64,000 bases of DNA from Ruditapes philippinarum (lineage: Eukaryota), in assembly GCF_026571515.1 (NCBI RefSeq), contig NW_026857690.1:1-64000 (forward strand), given 5' to 3'. Below the pieces are notes generated by a model. It saw only the letters and a program-made list of their open reading frames with translations, was not told where the DNA came from and did no database searches. The translations under genes and the position numbers were made by a program. Positions 27,376-41,705 of this stretch are shown one piece after another; positions within the stretch are counted from its first letter, which is position 1; each line of letters opens with the position of its first letter.

Positions 27376-29526
27376 AGAAAAAATACGGTAAAAATGTTTT
27401 CTGCAAATGTCAAAATCTGTTCCACCTGTATGGAATTTGTCCCAGACTTTATCAAATGCCAAAGAAACATTGCTTTGTGTTAAGTATGGCAGGCACAAGA
27501 AGGTTATTGTATTAATGTTCGAATTTATGTTACAATATTTGATAGTGCTTATTTATATTTCGGACATTTGATTTCTTTTTTAATTTTAGTTAACTTAAGG
27601 GTTATGATTTTAACTCGCTTCTTATTTTATCCAATTTTACAAAATTTATTTTGAACATTTTTCAAATGACTAGTTTTGATAAGTTTTTCAACAAATATAT
27701 TTGTTTGCCTTATTTTTTTTCTTCAGGGTATTGGACTATAAAATACTAACAATATTCTTTGAAATTTTAATAACTTTAATTTTTCTTTTGGGGGTGGGGG
27801 GGCAGTGCTATGCAGACCATAATTCATTATTTTCTGAATTTCATTTACTAGAATAATTAATCGATTGATATAACTGTTCATTTATAATTTATTGCAATTT
27901 GTTTACTACCAGTATTATGCATAATTGAAGTTTTCAATGCATTTTCATTGATCTCCTGTTGGGATATACCAGTATTTATACCATGTGACATGACCATGTT
28001 CTGTAATTAGTTACTTTGTTATATTTTTTTTATGTTAAACCAATTAAAGTAAAAGAAAGGTTAATATTACTTGTTTCTCATTGATTTCTAGAATTACCAT
28101 ATTAAGTCCAATTTAAAGTCTATGGTACCCTACATCAGTACCTGTGTCTGTGGTGTCCTATCTTGGTACATGTGTATATTTTTGTCACAGAGAAAATGAC
28201 CAAACATGTTAAAGGAAAACTTCACTATACATGTATCTACGAGTCCTGTGATCCAAGTTTTTTGGGGGTCTCGAGTGAACCAGTCCTTAAGCAGCCTGCC
28301 TCTTGATTAATCATTTCTAAAAAAATTTAGTGTTTGTAATTGCCCAATATTGTCAAGCCAACAAATAAAGTTATTTAAGCTACTACATGTATAAGAAAAT
28401 TTAAAAAAAGTTTTGAAACTCATCTTGAAAAAGAGGTCAGGACATCCTGTGAAAGTAATGACTTGCCCAAGAAAATTAAACTGTACACATATAAAGCTCA
28501 GTGTACCTTAAAAATCTATAACAAGAAATCTGTCGTCAACTTTATTTCATCAAGTACTTTTTACTGTAAATATAAACCAATAATACATGTATTCAATGCA
28601 TGTACATCAATTTTTAAATATTGACAAGTGAATAAGAAAGTGTTTTTCACATGCTCTGTTAACGGAAATCAATGTTTTTTAAACATATCTACACTCGCCA
28701 GCAGCATGTACAAAAACCCTAGGTAAAGACTAGGATAAAATTCAATGAAAAACATGGAACAGGATATGATAGGCATTTTAATGAAACTACAGGGTCTAAC
28801 ATGCTGTAGGCACCAAATCCTGAACAACCTCATAAATTGTGTATCACAATTAAAAATTATATAAACACAATACCTTTTTGAAAAAAATAAAGAGGTCAAA
28901 TTTCATCTTTTAACTACTCATGAAACAACATTATGAAGTTATTATTAACTTAATATGGAGCAAACTTATTCAGAGTATACTACCACTATGTTCAAATGAA
29001 TGCCATGTCTCTGTTGAGACCTTGACCTATGTGGTTGTGGTGGGTAGAGCTCATCAAAGTGTATTTAAGACTTTAAAGAAAGAATTCCATATTAGATATT
29101 ATTGTCACAGTTTAAGTTTTGTGACAAACAGACAATCAAGACTCAATATGCCCTGATCTTTCGATTCAGAGTTCTAAAACGATTTGGCAGTTTTCATGTT
29201 ATTTTAGCTTAGGATGAAAAAACTATGAATGAAATGAGTAATTGTATAACTATTTAAGAATGCTGGAGAACTTGCATGTTTACAAACAAGGAAACAATTG
29301 AGATATGTTAAATATTAATAACTTTCTTATGGGAACATAATGGTTAGTTTTATGTACGGTTATGTCAGGACGTGTTTATGTAAAACAAGCTTGTTTAAGA
29401 TTACCTTAGTGCAAGAACTAACAAAGCTTATATGTAATGTAATAAGTTACTTTAAAAGTTTAGCAAATAACAATATATATCACAATGCTCAAATATGGCA
29501 ACATCAATCAAGTGAAAACCTAATTG

Positions 29527-30723
29527 AACAAGCAATTATCATAGTATTGCAAGCAATCCATAAGTCCCCTACCTGTAGGAGCCCAAGCAACATTCTGAAG
29601 GGCCATTGGCCATTCACTTAGGTTCCTATTTTAAGTAAATTTGTTGAAAAAGTTCTTTAAAAGTGATCACAGGAAACAGTTTTTATGTACAGACAGACGG
29701 ACTGAAGGACACTCTAAAGTTATTTTTTAAACATCCCTGTTATCGAAATATAACATTTTTAAAGTCCTATCATGATTGAAGAAGTTGGAGTAAAAAGTTA
29801 CCAATTTCTCAAAAAAAAGTCTAAGTTCAAAAGGGGCATAATTCTGGAAATAGTCTTGCTAGAGTATTGAACACTCACAAATGTTGAGTGATAATAAGAA
29901 ACATTTATATGAAGTTTGAAGTAGATACATTCAGAAAAAGAAGTTATTAAAAAAAACAATGTTTTTTTCATGAAAATTTTAAGTTCAAGGGAGGTAATTC
30001 TGATAAATTTTGTGCTAGAGTTGTAAACCTTGTCACATATGATGTGGTTGATGACAAGCAACTTATATTTAAAGTTTGAAGAAAATACCTTAAGAAATAA
30101 AGAACTTAAAGTGAAAAAACTTAAAAACTAGAATCAGAAATCTTGAAATTCAGTCTATTTGTTGCCATAGCAACCAGAATTTTCAACATAGGAAGATAAG
30201 AAAAGGATGTGCATAATTTCCATACTGCCATCTACCCATATGTCAAGTTTCATAAACATATTTTCATTACTTTTTGTGTTATCACAGGATCCAGGTTATG
30301 TGTAAAATTTGCCATATTTTTAGTCTATTTGTTGCCATAGCAACCAGAATTTTCAACATAGGAAGAAAAGAAAAAAACGTGCATAATCTCCATACTGCCA
30401 TCTATCCATATATCAAGTTTCATAAAAATATTTTCAGTACTTTTTGCGTTATCGCGGGATCCAGGTTATGTGTAAAATTTGCCATATTTTCAGTCTATTT
30501 GTTGCCATAGCAACCAGAATTTTCAAGATAGGAAGAAAAGAAAAAGACGTGCATAATCTCCATACTGCCATCTATCCATATATCAAGTTTCATTAAAATA
30601 TTTTCAGTAGTTTTTGCGTTATCGCGGGATCCAGTTTTGTGGACGGACGGACTGACGGCCGGACAGACGGACAGACAGACGGTAAACCTAAAGTCTCCTC
30701 CAGTAAACTGGTAGGGGACTAAT
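29527..30723 (-). mobile_element. HINE/Helentron-like element with 170 bp internal repeats
   Basis: Subterminal repeats agtcccctacc / ggtaggggact, (GGAC/AGAC)n microsatellite, repeat units starting at 30152, 30322, 30492; a second copy lies at 49077-50130. Confidence 0.85.
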
Positions 30724-31172
30724 AATTCATGTATAAGATTCTCTCTCTCTCTTAGTCAAGTGTGGGTAGTTAGGTTTCCTTACTAATAATGGCCCTTGAA
30801 CAAACTTTATAAAAAGTTAACTACACAAAGCAAACACTCCTAGGGGTCACCATGTGCACCTGTGCTCATGTGAGTTATAAATATTTTGATTTATCTGGTT
30901 ATAATTACTGAACTTCGATATACCAAAAACGTAAGATGCATTGTAACACTGAACAAAATGTAATATTTGACAAGAGAGGAAACATTTGTCCATCTTGTAG
31001 AGGTGATTCCATTTTACATTTCAGCATGAATACCATGGTACAATTATTTTACAACTAATGAAATACTTGTGACACTGAATATTTTGTGTTGTGATTTGTA
31101 AACATGGTGTCTTCAAGCAACAAGCCATTGTTTTTGTATAAATTTGTAGATGTCATCATCTATAAGCCTCTG

Positions 31173-34100
31173 CTAGGATCGTGTTAATTCTTCCTTAGAT
31201 ATTGCAAAACAGTGCCCGCCTCCACATGCTATATATATCACAGACTGGCTCTCTAAAGCAGAAACTTTAGTTACAGTTTTAACATTAACTTCATCCCCAG
31301 TGGCACACAGTCCATGCTCATTCCAACCTAGTGCATACACTTTATTCTCTGAAATACAAAATATTATTTAAATATATTAGATTACATTTATGAAAAACTC
31401 TGTAATAATGAATGAAAAGATAAAGATACAAGAACAGAATCATAATTATAACCATCTGCTGACTTTAATTAATCAAGACTTGTCATCTTGACGAGTTTGG
31501 CACAGTCAGTCTACATCAGAGATACATGTAAATTAAATACAACAACAGATCAATGTCAAGATTCTAGTCTACATTGTATTTGTGTACAAGTATCTGAACA
31601 AAAACAAAACAGAAATTGACTAAAAACATAGGTCACCAATCAAGGGAGCAGGGCCTAGTGGTTAAGGTGTCTGCCTCTCAACCCAAGGATTAAGATTTTG
31701 AGACTTCTCTGGTCATGAAGTCTAGTCAAAGAAGCTAACTCAAAAGTGATTACTATAAGTTGCAAATAACTGTTGAGCAAATGAGGTACTGGAGCATAAA
31801 TATGCTCAGCTAAATTGTGTCTATTTTTACTGCAGAGTCAGATTGAATCAGATTCTATGTGTTTAATGTTGAACCTATCAAAGTAAAGCAAAAGACTACC
31901 TGCAAGAAAGAGTGTATGTTCAGATCCACATGTAAATGATGACACTGTCACTTGTATATCTATCTGACCTGGAATGTGACTATACATGATTCCCTCTGAC
32001 CTTGACCTTCCTAACTGACCGTAGTCGGTACGTCCCCAGCTAAACAAATCTCCACTTTCTATATCAAAATAAAGATTGACATACATGTATATATTGTAAC
32101 TGTAAAAAGTGAAAAAAAGAGTTTTCACATAATGTAGTTTTTAGTTTTAAAGAGTGAAATAGTGTACATTAATATCAACTCAGATTTATCTTATTTCAGA
32201 AACAAATGTTTGATAAATACTAAGTGTTATCTCAAAGCATTTTCTAAAAATAGTTTTATTAAATACAGGTGCCTTATATGAAAATCAATAAATAGCAGAT
32301 TTTTTTTTTAGGAAGATGAAAATTATTTAAACACCCCTAGTAAACCAAAAGATTGTAAGCTGAAGATTAATGGTCTGCCTTCATGTTTATAGTCTAATAG
32401 TAGCCAATAAAAATTCTTTATTTGATGGACTTGTGGTACATTCTTAAGAATGACCATTTAAGAAATTGAACATCCATAGAAAAGAAAGGTGAGATAATTA
32501 TGTGAAAGATATTATAATTGGCATGTTTTGTCTGAAGTCTTAAAAAATAAAACACACCTGTCTGTGCAATTAAATGAGTCCACCCTGATTTCACCTCAAC
32601 AACTTTTTGGTTCTTGAACATTTCCTGATTGACCATGTATGGTGTGTTGACCTGTAAAATGACGTCTGGTGATTGTGTACACTGTCCATATTTATTACAT
32701 CCCCAAACATACACCTGACCTTTATCTGGAATTTCAAAATAACAAAAGTAGAATAAATATGACCCCTCAGATAACAATTTTAAATGCCTGAAGTCAGAAA
32801 TAGATGTACATTTGAGCATACCTGGTTTCCTCAATAAAGAGAGCACTTTCTCTAAATATTATGAATCCACAGGACAGCATTTTCTTTCCCAAGGCAATGT
32901 TGTTAAAAAGAATAATGTTTAATATTGTCTTACTACATTAAATTGTGCCCTCAGATGAGCCATGGAATCCAGGGACACAAATGTACCACATGTAACACTG
33001 ACAATTGTAACAAACTGGCACTACACACAACAAAATGAAACTAAACAAATCTTCATATGTAGTAAATTTGTATACTTTCTTAGGTCATTGCAAATTTCTT
33101 TCAAATTTACCCGTCACGGCCGCATGTACATGTATATCAAAGATATTCAAACTTCTTGGTTTATTATTTCTCAGAATCTAATGTGATTTTCTATTGTAGA
33201 GAAAAACTGTCATGATATAAGAATTAATTCACCTACCTGTCAAAGCCACAGAGTGATATGACCCTACACAAACTGATACAACTTTCCCTGTACCTGCTGG
33301 AAACACCACTGTCAAATATATTGACGAATAATCATAATATTAAGTTGTGTAAAAACATCACAACATTATAACAAACAAAGAGAGAACCGCAGTATTATCT
33401 ATTGTTATATAGAAACAAGAGGGCCATGATGGCCCTGAGGTCGCTCACCTGTATATAGGCCCCTGGAGCGAGGCCAGTTTAAACCCAAGGGCTTTTATTT
33501 GAACAAACTTGGAAGACACCCATTAGAAGATGTTTCATGATGTTAAGTTTTTACTATACATATATAATGAAAAACAATGACCCCTCCCCCCCCCCCGGCA
33601 GGGCTAATTTTAACCCAAGGGCTTTTATTTGAACAAACTTGGTAGACACCTATAAGAAGATGTTTCATGCTTAACATCTAACCTCTAGCTCATTGGGTTT
33701 TTTAAAAGAAGATTTTGTAATTTTTTAATATACACATATAGTTAAAAACAATGACACCCCTGGGGCGGGGCCAGTTTTGACCCCAGGGCTTTTATTTGAA
33801 CAAACTTTGTAGACACTCACTAGAAGATGTTTCATGCTTAATATCTAAACTCTAGCTATTTGGGTTTTTTCAAAGAAGATTTTTAAGTTTTTGCTATACA
33901 CATATAAGGAAAATCAATGACCCCCGGGGCAGGGCCAATTTTGACCCTAGGGCTTTTATTTGAACAAACTTTGTTGACACTCACTAGAAGATGTTTCATG
34001 CTTAATATCTAAACTGTAGCTATTTTCGTTTCTTCAAAGAAGATTTTTTAAGTTTTTGCTATACACATATAAGGAAAATCAATGACCCCATGGGGCGGGG

Positions 34101-37100
34101 TCAATTTTGACCCCAGGGCTTTTATTTGAACAAACTTAGTAGACACTCATGAGAAGATGTTTCATGCTAAATATCTTAGCTCTAGCTCTTTGGGTTCTTT
34201 AAAAGAAGATTTTTTAAGTTTTTACTATATGCATATAGGGAAAATCAATGACCCCCTGGGGCGGGGCCAATTTTGACCCCAGGGCTTTTATTTGAACAAA
34301 CTTGGTAGACACTCATTAGAACATGTTTCATGCTAAATATCTTAGCTCTAGCTCTTTGGGTTCTTTAAAAGAAGATTTTTTAAGTTTTTACTATATGCAT
34401 AAAGGGAAAATCAATGACCCCCTGGGGCGGGGCCAATTTTGACCCCAGGGCTTTTATTTGAACAAACTTGGTAGACACTCATTAGAACATGTTTCATGCT
34501 AAATATCTTAGCTCTAGCTCTTTGGGTTCTTTAAAAGAAGATTTTTTAAGTTTTTACTATATGCATAAAGGGAAAATCAATGACCCCCTGGGGCGGGGCC
34601 AATTTTGACCCCAGGGCTTTTATTTGAACAAACTTGGTAGACACTCATTAGAACATGTTTCATGCTAAATATCTTAGCTCTAGCTCTTTTGGTTCTTTAA
34701 AAGAAGATTTTTTAAGTTTTTACTATATGCATATAGGGAAAATCAATGACCCCCTGGGGCGGGGCCAATTTTGACCCCAGGGCATTTATTTGTACAAACT
34801 TGGTAGACACTCACTAGAAGATGTTATATGCCAAATATCTAAGCTCTAGCTCTTTGGGTTTTTTAAAAGAAGATATTTAAAGTTTTTTCTTTCGGTTGCC
34901 ATGGCAACCAGAGTTCTTCAAGGAATTAAATTCTTTGAACAATTTTTAAAGGTGACCACCAAAGGAACATTCCTGTGAAGTTTGGATGAAATTGGCTTGG
35001 TGGTTTATGAGGAGATGTCATTTAAAGTAAAAGTTTACGGACGGACGATGGACGCCGGACGAAAAGCGATCACAAAAGCTCACCCTGTCACTTTGTGACA
35101 GGTGAGCTAAAAATGCAATACCAAACAACAGATTTAGTGCCCAATCAAAATCTAGCTCATGAATTACAGAATGGCTGCAAATGTGAACTGTTTCATGGTA
35201 ACAGAGAAACATTTATGACAAGCAAAGAAAATTTGCCAAAATTAAAAGTCTTGCATATACTGAGTTTAAAACATAATAACTTCATGAAAAACCTGTCCCT
35301 TGAAAAAATAAATGTTACAGACCAAGAATCAAATTACTTTTATCTGTAAGATCAGAAATTTTTACTATACCTTTATTTGGTGATGTTGTCTTCAATGGTA
35401 GTTTATCATTTACAGCAATCACAGCACATTGTCCTTTTTTAGAATGTCCCCAACAATACACATCTCCATTTACTAGATAGAATAATTAAAATATTTATAT
35501 TATCTATTCTACAATGGGCTTTTTCCTCCTTCTTAATTGGACATGCCCATTGTTATATCCAGAGATTTCATGCTCAAAATTCTTACAATAAACATTAAAG
35601 TAAGTTAATATGGTTTTGAAAATAAGTTGCACATAAGAATATTTGTTCAATCCACTGCTGTGACCCTGAACTTTGTCTTAGTAGTCTGCATGTGATTTAT
35701 TATCCATATGTGGCGGTTGTCTCATTTGAGTTATTTTAAAAATTCCATCATACATGAAGATGTTCACTGGTCACAAACCAAAATTACACTAAAGAAATAA
35801 TAGAAATATACTACGTTTCCTCCCCTGCAGGTGGATCATGCATGTATCAGTTCTCTGATGCATAAAAGTTAAAACTAGAAAATACATGTATTCTTTATTT
35901 GATTCTGTAGGAAGTACCTGTTAAGGCTATAACATGCCTGAGGCCTGCAGCCACTTGTGCAAACTTTTCTCCCTCCCATATCTTCGTCTGGAATATCAAC
36001 AATAACTCTTGTCAAATGAAAAATGATGAAACAATGAGTATTGTTGAAATTATGTTGTCTAAGAGTAGACCTGGCCTGTTTTAAAGACTATCTTTAAAAT
36101 TATGGTATCTTTTATAGAACTAATATGATAATTTTCTTTACTAGGGAATATCATAGTCAGGATTTATACAGAGATCTTCTCCTTTGAGCATAGACTGATT
36201 AGAAGTAAATAATACCACAAAAATCTAAATATGAACAATAACAGTAACAATAATTGCCATCCGCCAAATTTCAGATTACTTGTCCTGTCAATTAAAAATC
36301 AATTAAATACTGATCATGAGTTCCCAGTTGATTATATCAATTCAGAAACTTCACATCATGTATCCTGTAAGTTCAGAGTCATTAAACTTTTAATCATTTA
36401 TCCAGTCATTTATGAATATATACATGTATATTTCATATAATGTGTTTTATTAGTTAATGGTTTACAAACATCCTGTTAGTAAATGGTTTATAAGCATCAT
36501 GTCAAGTGTCCTATTAGGGCTAAGCCATTCGGTTAGATCAATAGGTAGAGAGTTGGACTGTAAATTGAACGACCCAGGTTTGATTCCCGAACAGTGCAGG
36601 TCACTTTCTTTGCGATTGATCATGTAATCCTTTTTATGGCCATTTGCACTGTACCTCTGCTCTGGCATGTACAGAAGTTTTCAGTTCCTTGCCAAAGTGA
36701 AGGCAACTAGTACTGGTAAACTGCTGGACAGCCTGACCAGGAACGATTGGTGGCTGAACTGTGCTCTGATAAATTCAATGTGGCTTTAACTGCCGTGATC
36801 TGGAGTGAAAACTACCAACACCACCACAACCTCCTGTTAGGGCTTATAAACTTTAGACAACATTTTTGTTACTTGTAGTTTAGGATTATCTTATAATTGA
36901 TTTTTTATAAACCATGGAGTGGTCCATTCCTAAACTTAAAGGAATATTTACATCTTTTACTGTCCAATCTGGTAACTAAAATATTCAATGCATATAATAA
37001 CAATATAACTGTGTACAAACTCAAAAGACATTTGAAACCTAAACAATCCATGCAGGAGGTATATTATTGTGCTCTTGAGACATAAAACCATGCATAATGA

Positions 37101-39620
37101 ATAAACAGAATAGCAAAGTATGAATAAATTATAACTGTAGTATGCTTACTGCCGTCAAACATTTGTTTGGTAAACTAACATCACCCAGTTGTCCAAAAGC
37201 ATTTGATCCCCAACTGTACAAATCTGATGTTGCTGTAAATAAAACCAATAGTATGTATAAAAAAAACTGTGCAACACACAGAATTATGCTAAAATATAAC
37301 ATTTCAAATGTGTTAACAGTTATGTTTTTTTAAGTTAAAATAAAATCGTTTAAAATCAATACTGTTGTAATATTTTCTACATAGCCAAATAACGAAACAA
37401 TAAATCAGACTCATGACAGAACTGATATTAATTTTCATCTATATGTATAATTTCAATATTATATGTTTTGTATGATTATAAGTATAAGGCGATAGTGCTA
37501 GACTGATATCCTAGTTTTATCATCATTCATTCCATATTTAGATACAATAAGTACATGATTGTGTTCACATGTTGATTATTTTGATCTGTTGGATTTTAAG
37601 TCACAGGGTTGTGTAAAGATCATACGGCAACATTCCCGCTTTACTGGTAGAGGAACACCTCAAGTGCCCCTTCATGCTTTATTTCAGGCACAGGCTGGCA
37701 CATGAATAGAACCAGTGTCCTCCTCAAAGCCAGCTAGATAGTTTCCTCACGTGAAACAATGTAATGACCCTCACAGGATTCAAACCCACAGAGGTGAGGA
37801 GCAAAATATCTAAAATCAGCAACCTGAATGGTTAACCACTTGGCCACTGAGGCCCCTGTGAAGGTTTAATTGTTTACTGAATTTACTTTGATCAAATTAT
37901 ATTTCATACCTGATATTGCCAGAGAGAAGTCCCATCCTCCTGTTGTCATGGTAACAGGGTCATTGTTGCCAACAATTACTGGAGTGAGAACTGACACATC
38001 TTCTGTGCTGTTTAAGCCCAGCTGACCTTTGTTGTTAGATCCACATGAGTACAACTGACCAGTGCCTTTCAATTTCATACAGGTAAACTTTAACAATAGT
38101 CTTATCAAGATTCATTTCACCAACTAGGGGTATCTTACTCAAAGTGAAACATTTAGAGATGATTCAGAATGGTTTGTTCGCAAATCTATTATCAGGTGTT
38201 TTAAGAACATTACCAGTAATTAACTCTATTTCTTACGAACAAGCTGCAGAAACTTCGACTGCCAATAATTAATGTAATATTAAATATTGTTACAGAAACA
38301 TTTACACTTTATAAAAAGATATTTGCTCTGGGGCATATATTTAGAATCATATGCCACTTATATTTAAAAATACTGTCAGTTCTAAGGAACTAACTGTGAT
38401 AGTTTCTTTTTTCTTTTCAAGAACAAATTAAGATTCTGATGTTTTAAAGATTTTATAATTCATTTTCCAAGAAAACAAGTCTTACACAGTGTCAATGTAT
38501 TTTTTTTTAAATTATGTTTTAGTTATACCTGCTATAGTAAGTGTATGACCACCCCCACCATGTATACATTGGATGTTGTCTGGCACATTGGTAACTTGAC
38601 AAGGTAACAACTGGTCCTCACAGTTTCCATTTGCCAGCTGACCATAGGAGTTAGCACCCTGAAATGTTTTATGCAAAATGAATGAAATAACACTAGGAGT
38701 CAGTTAGCACCCTGAAATGTTTTATGCAAAATGAATGAAATAACTTTGATAGGTTTTAAAACATATATTTACTCTAGCTGGACTTTGAAGTTCTTGTAAC
38801 ATTTTAATCTAAAAGCAGCATGCCTACTTTCAATTTATTTAAATGTAAATTGAAGTGAGCAAAGAAATTAATTTAAACATTGCAAATGACACACATAATT
38901 TAGAAAAGAGGTCAAATTATGCAAAATAAGCCCTAGTCAACCATTAACGATATGGTAATATATTGCACATAACATGTAAATTAATTAATTATTACTTTTT
39001 ATTTTTCTTAAAATCTTAAATCAGCACATTCAAGTTTGATTTTCTTGAACTCCAGCTTATATATGTAAAATATTCACAGACATAAACTGGCGAGTTGGTT
39101 AAGAATTGTGGGCTTAAATGACAGGTTGTTAAAGGGTTCTTTTTTTTCAATGGTGGTCTTGTACACAGGTTTGAATGTACACACTATTTGTACAGTACAA
39201 TATACTTTTTTACGGCATTTAATTAACATCTAACGCACCTCTCAGTACATTTTCATAAAAAAAATACTGCAGTTGATGTGAGTACTGCAAAACAATGCCG
39301 TTACATACTCAAAATATCTTAGAAGAAATATAGTACAGCAAAATATTATTATACATGCGTGTACAATTACACACTAATTGTTACTAAAAATAGCATGGCC
39401 ATTCATTGATTTTCCTGCAAAATACCCACGAGATCCCGACTCGACTGTCAGCCAATCAGAATGTCTCACATATCCGGGCAGACAGTGTGTGATCTAATGA
39501 TCAAGGCTGCAATTTGCAAAAATGCCGTTCATCAATTATACAGGTGTAAACTACTACGCCGGCACGTGTTTCCTACAAAAGGAGAGCAATTTACTCACAT
39601 ACCCACGACCAAATGGTCAT
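31173..39620 (-). CDS. SERGEF: Secretion-regulating guanine nucleotide exchange factor (SERGEF/DelGEF-like), RCC1-repeat beta-propeller, 377 aa
   Basis: Minus-strand exons 39620-39603, 38658-38529, 38065-37910, 37232-37150, 35987-35918, 35472-35371, 33308-33237, 32725-32558, 32058-31900, 31348-31173 sum to 1134 nt in frame. Motifs: MTIWSW|GANSYGQL, GGGGHT, GGWDFS, AAGLRH, SGWTH, WGRTDYGQLG, CGSEH, GWNEHG. Confidence 0.9.
31645..31810 (+). mobile_element. Degenerate tRNA-derived SINE in a SERGEF intron
   Basis: tRNA-like head ggcctagtggttaaggtgtctgcctctcaaccc; related to 51085-51331. Confidence 0.5.
33414..35113 (-). mobile_element. HINE/Helentron-like element carrying about 8 copies of a 166 bp satellite monomer
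   Basis: Termini gctcacctg / caggtgagctaaaaa, terminal palindrome gggccatgatggccc, (GGAC)n tract, monomer starts at 34111, 34277, 34443, 34609. Confidence 0.9.
36522..36830 (+). mobile_element. tRNA-derived SINE
   Basis: Head gttagatcaataggtagagagttggactgtaaat...ggtttgattcc (A box, anticodon-like loop, B box), a unique body, and an (acc/aac)n tail. Confidence 0.65.
37588..37856 (-). mobile_element. tRNA-derived SINE (minus strand)
   Basis: Reverse complement starts ggggcctcagtggccaagtggttaa...gggtttgaatcc; shares its core with 42559-42667. Confidence 0.65.
38649..38743 (-). repeat. Tandem duplication (53 bp offset) of the SERGEF exon 2 splice acceptor
   Basis: gttagcaccctgaaatgttttatgcaaaatgaatgaaataac occurs at 38650 and 38703. 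Confidence 0.9.
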
Positions 39621-40220
39621 TTTATAGCGTTAGAAATTGTCCAGCCCACATTTTCCGTGATAAGTCTGTAGGCAATGTACACAATTTCATGTTATTTGAT
39701 AGGAAATTAGTGTCATCACGTGACCAGCCTCAACACTATTGATTGGAGAAATGATCGACGTACACAGTGTTTTTGCTTTTCCGTCAATCAAGATTTCGTA
39801 CGACAAGTATAGTATTTTCTCTATAATTTTGAGCAAAAAATGAAATCGATATTATTGTCAATCATACCAAGGTATAAAAATATAGTTTTTACATATCATG
39901 TAATTGTCGATTTTAAATAAACCATTTAAAAAAACAAAGTTTTAGAACTTTTATTGTTTTTACCGACAACAATAATCTTTAATGAATCCGCACCAATGGC
40001 GACGACTCAGTGGACTTCTTTTGGACATGATTCGCCGTACATTTTATGTTGATTTTCATAGCCAATCAAACAGAATCGGCTTTATTTTGGTTGTATGTAA
40101 GTCCAATTATCACATTATTTTCTTAATAGTTTATTTTTCTCATAATCTCTTTTTAATTTCGCGGATTTCAGAGAGAAAAAGTTGATCATTGTTCCCGAGC
40201 CGCTACCAGCGTACCGTGAT
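39440..40220. promoter_or_regulatory. Probable bidirectional promoter of SERGEF and NFYA
   Basis: Lies between divergent genes and is locally richer in CpG. CCAAT/ATTGG at 39452, 39742, 39993, 40062, 40103; E-boxes CACGTG at 39563 and TCACGTGA at 39716. Confidence 0.65.
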
Positions 40221-41064
40221 CATAAATTTGTAATTTCAGAAATTATTAAAATTTGTATTAAGACTGTTTTAGACAAGATTGTACATATGATTTAATTGAT
40301 TATCATAAAAATAAAATATCTGTTACTTAAATAAGTAGAAATGAATTCACTGAAATAAATCAGTAAATTGATAACCCATTTTCAATTTAGTCAATACCTT
40401 TAAAAGGGGCACCCAATGGGGAATTTTACACAAATAAATTAAAATAATAAGAACAAGAGGAGTCAATAAATAGACAACTTGTCTTTTAAAAAATAAATAT
40501 TTCAGCTTTGAAAAATAGAATCTTGTTTTCATTGTTTTAATATTCTTTAGTTTAAACACCAGAAGTTATTTTCAGACTGACACACAAGAAGCTTTAATTA
40601 ATGACTATTTTAGGAATAGCCTTGAATCTCTTCCTGTTAAGAAGGAAATTATTAGATCTATTTTTTTGTTGATTTAAGGAAGTTAAGTGATGTGTATGTT
40701 AAGGGTGATTTCCAGTCAAATTGACACTCAAGTCTCTGTAGTCACATACAGAATTGAAACAGACTATATAGAATTTTTAGTTAATATTATGATAACATGA
40801 ACAACAGTGCCACTACACTATATGACTATTGGCATATAAATATTAATAAATTATTAAAATACTTTATTCTCTCAGAAGGAAATCAAATAATTTTAAAACT
40901 GCCAGTATGGCATCAAAATCCCTTGACTTTACGATGATCAAATTACACAAAAGTGATTGGACTTTCGCGAAAGAGTTATTTATTATAGCAGTGATTTTTA
41001 ATATCTGCTATATCTCAACCTCATTTGGTGAGTGCAATACGTATGATTTTAAATCATTATTTAC

Positions 41065-41705
41065 CAGGTTTTTTATTAGATTGAGGTATGTTGGATGGGC
41101 GAGTGGGCGGATTCAGGCATTCTGAGGAACTCTTCCTACTTTTCTCAAGGGATTTTGACCCAAACTTTTACAGAAGCTTTGGCATCAAGTGCCCTGGTGC
41201 ATATTGTTTGGGTTTTGTGATTGGATAATTTTTGGCCTAATTATGGCCCTTTGTTTTTTCCATAAAATAGTAATTAGTAGAGTAATATCCTTTTAATCAC
41301 AACTACAACTTTATGTAGTTATTGAACAGAAACTATCGAGTTTGTTGCACACCTGCCAGTTCATCTGCCTACTTTTGGGTCCTGTAGAGTCAAGGTCACT
41401 GTTGCTGAAAATAGTAAATCTGTTTCCAGTCAATAACTAGAGTAAGGAATGAAATATTTCGATTAAACTGGTGTATAGCAAGCTTATGTAAATATTTTGC
41501 TTTTGATTGCTTTTGGGTCTGCTAAGGTCAAGTTCAAGATCACTGTTACTGAAAATAGAAAATAGGTTTCTGGTCAATAACTAGAGTTTGGAATGAAATA
41601 TTTTTATGAAATATGATGTAAAGCAAGTTTTTATATAGACCTCACTTGGGATGGCTTTTTGGGCCCCCTAAGGTCAAGGTTACTGTTACTAAAAATAGAA
41701 AATTC
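41065..41705 (+). mobile_element. Degenerate HINE-like tandem-repeat element upstream of the first coding exon of NFYA
   Basis: Three decayed units containing (a)ggtcaaggtcactgttactgaaaatag at ~41390, ~41525, ~41670. Confidence 0.5.

Noticed and set aside
36522-36592. tRNA-Tyr-like sequence
   Set aside because: Stems pair poorly and it continues into a SINE-like body and tail, so it is a SINE head rather than a tRNA gene.
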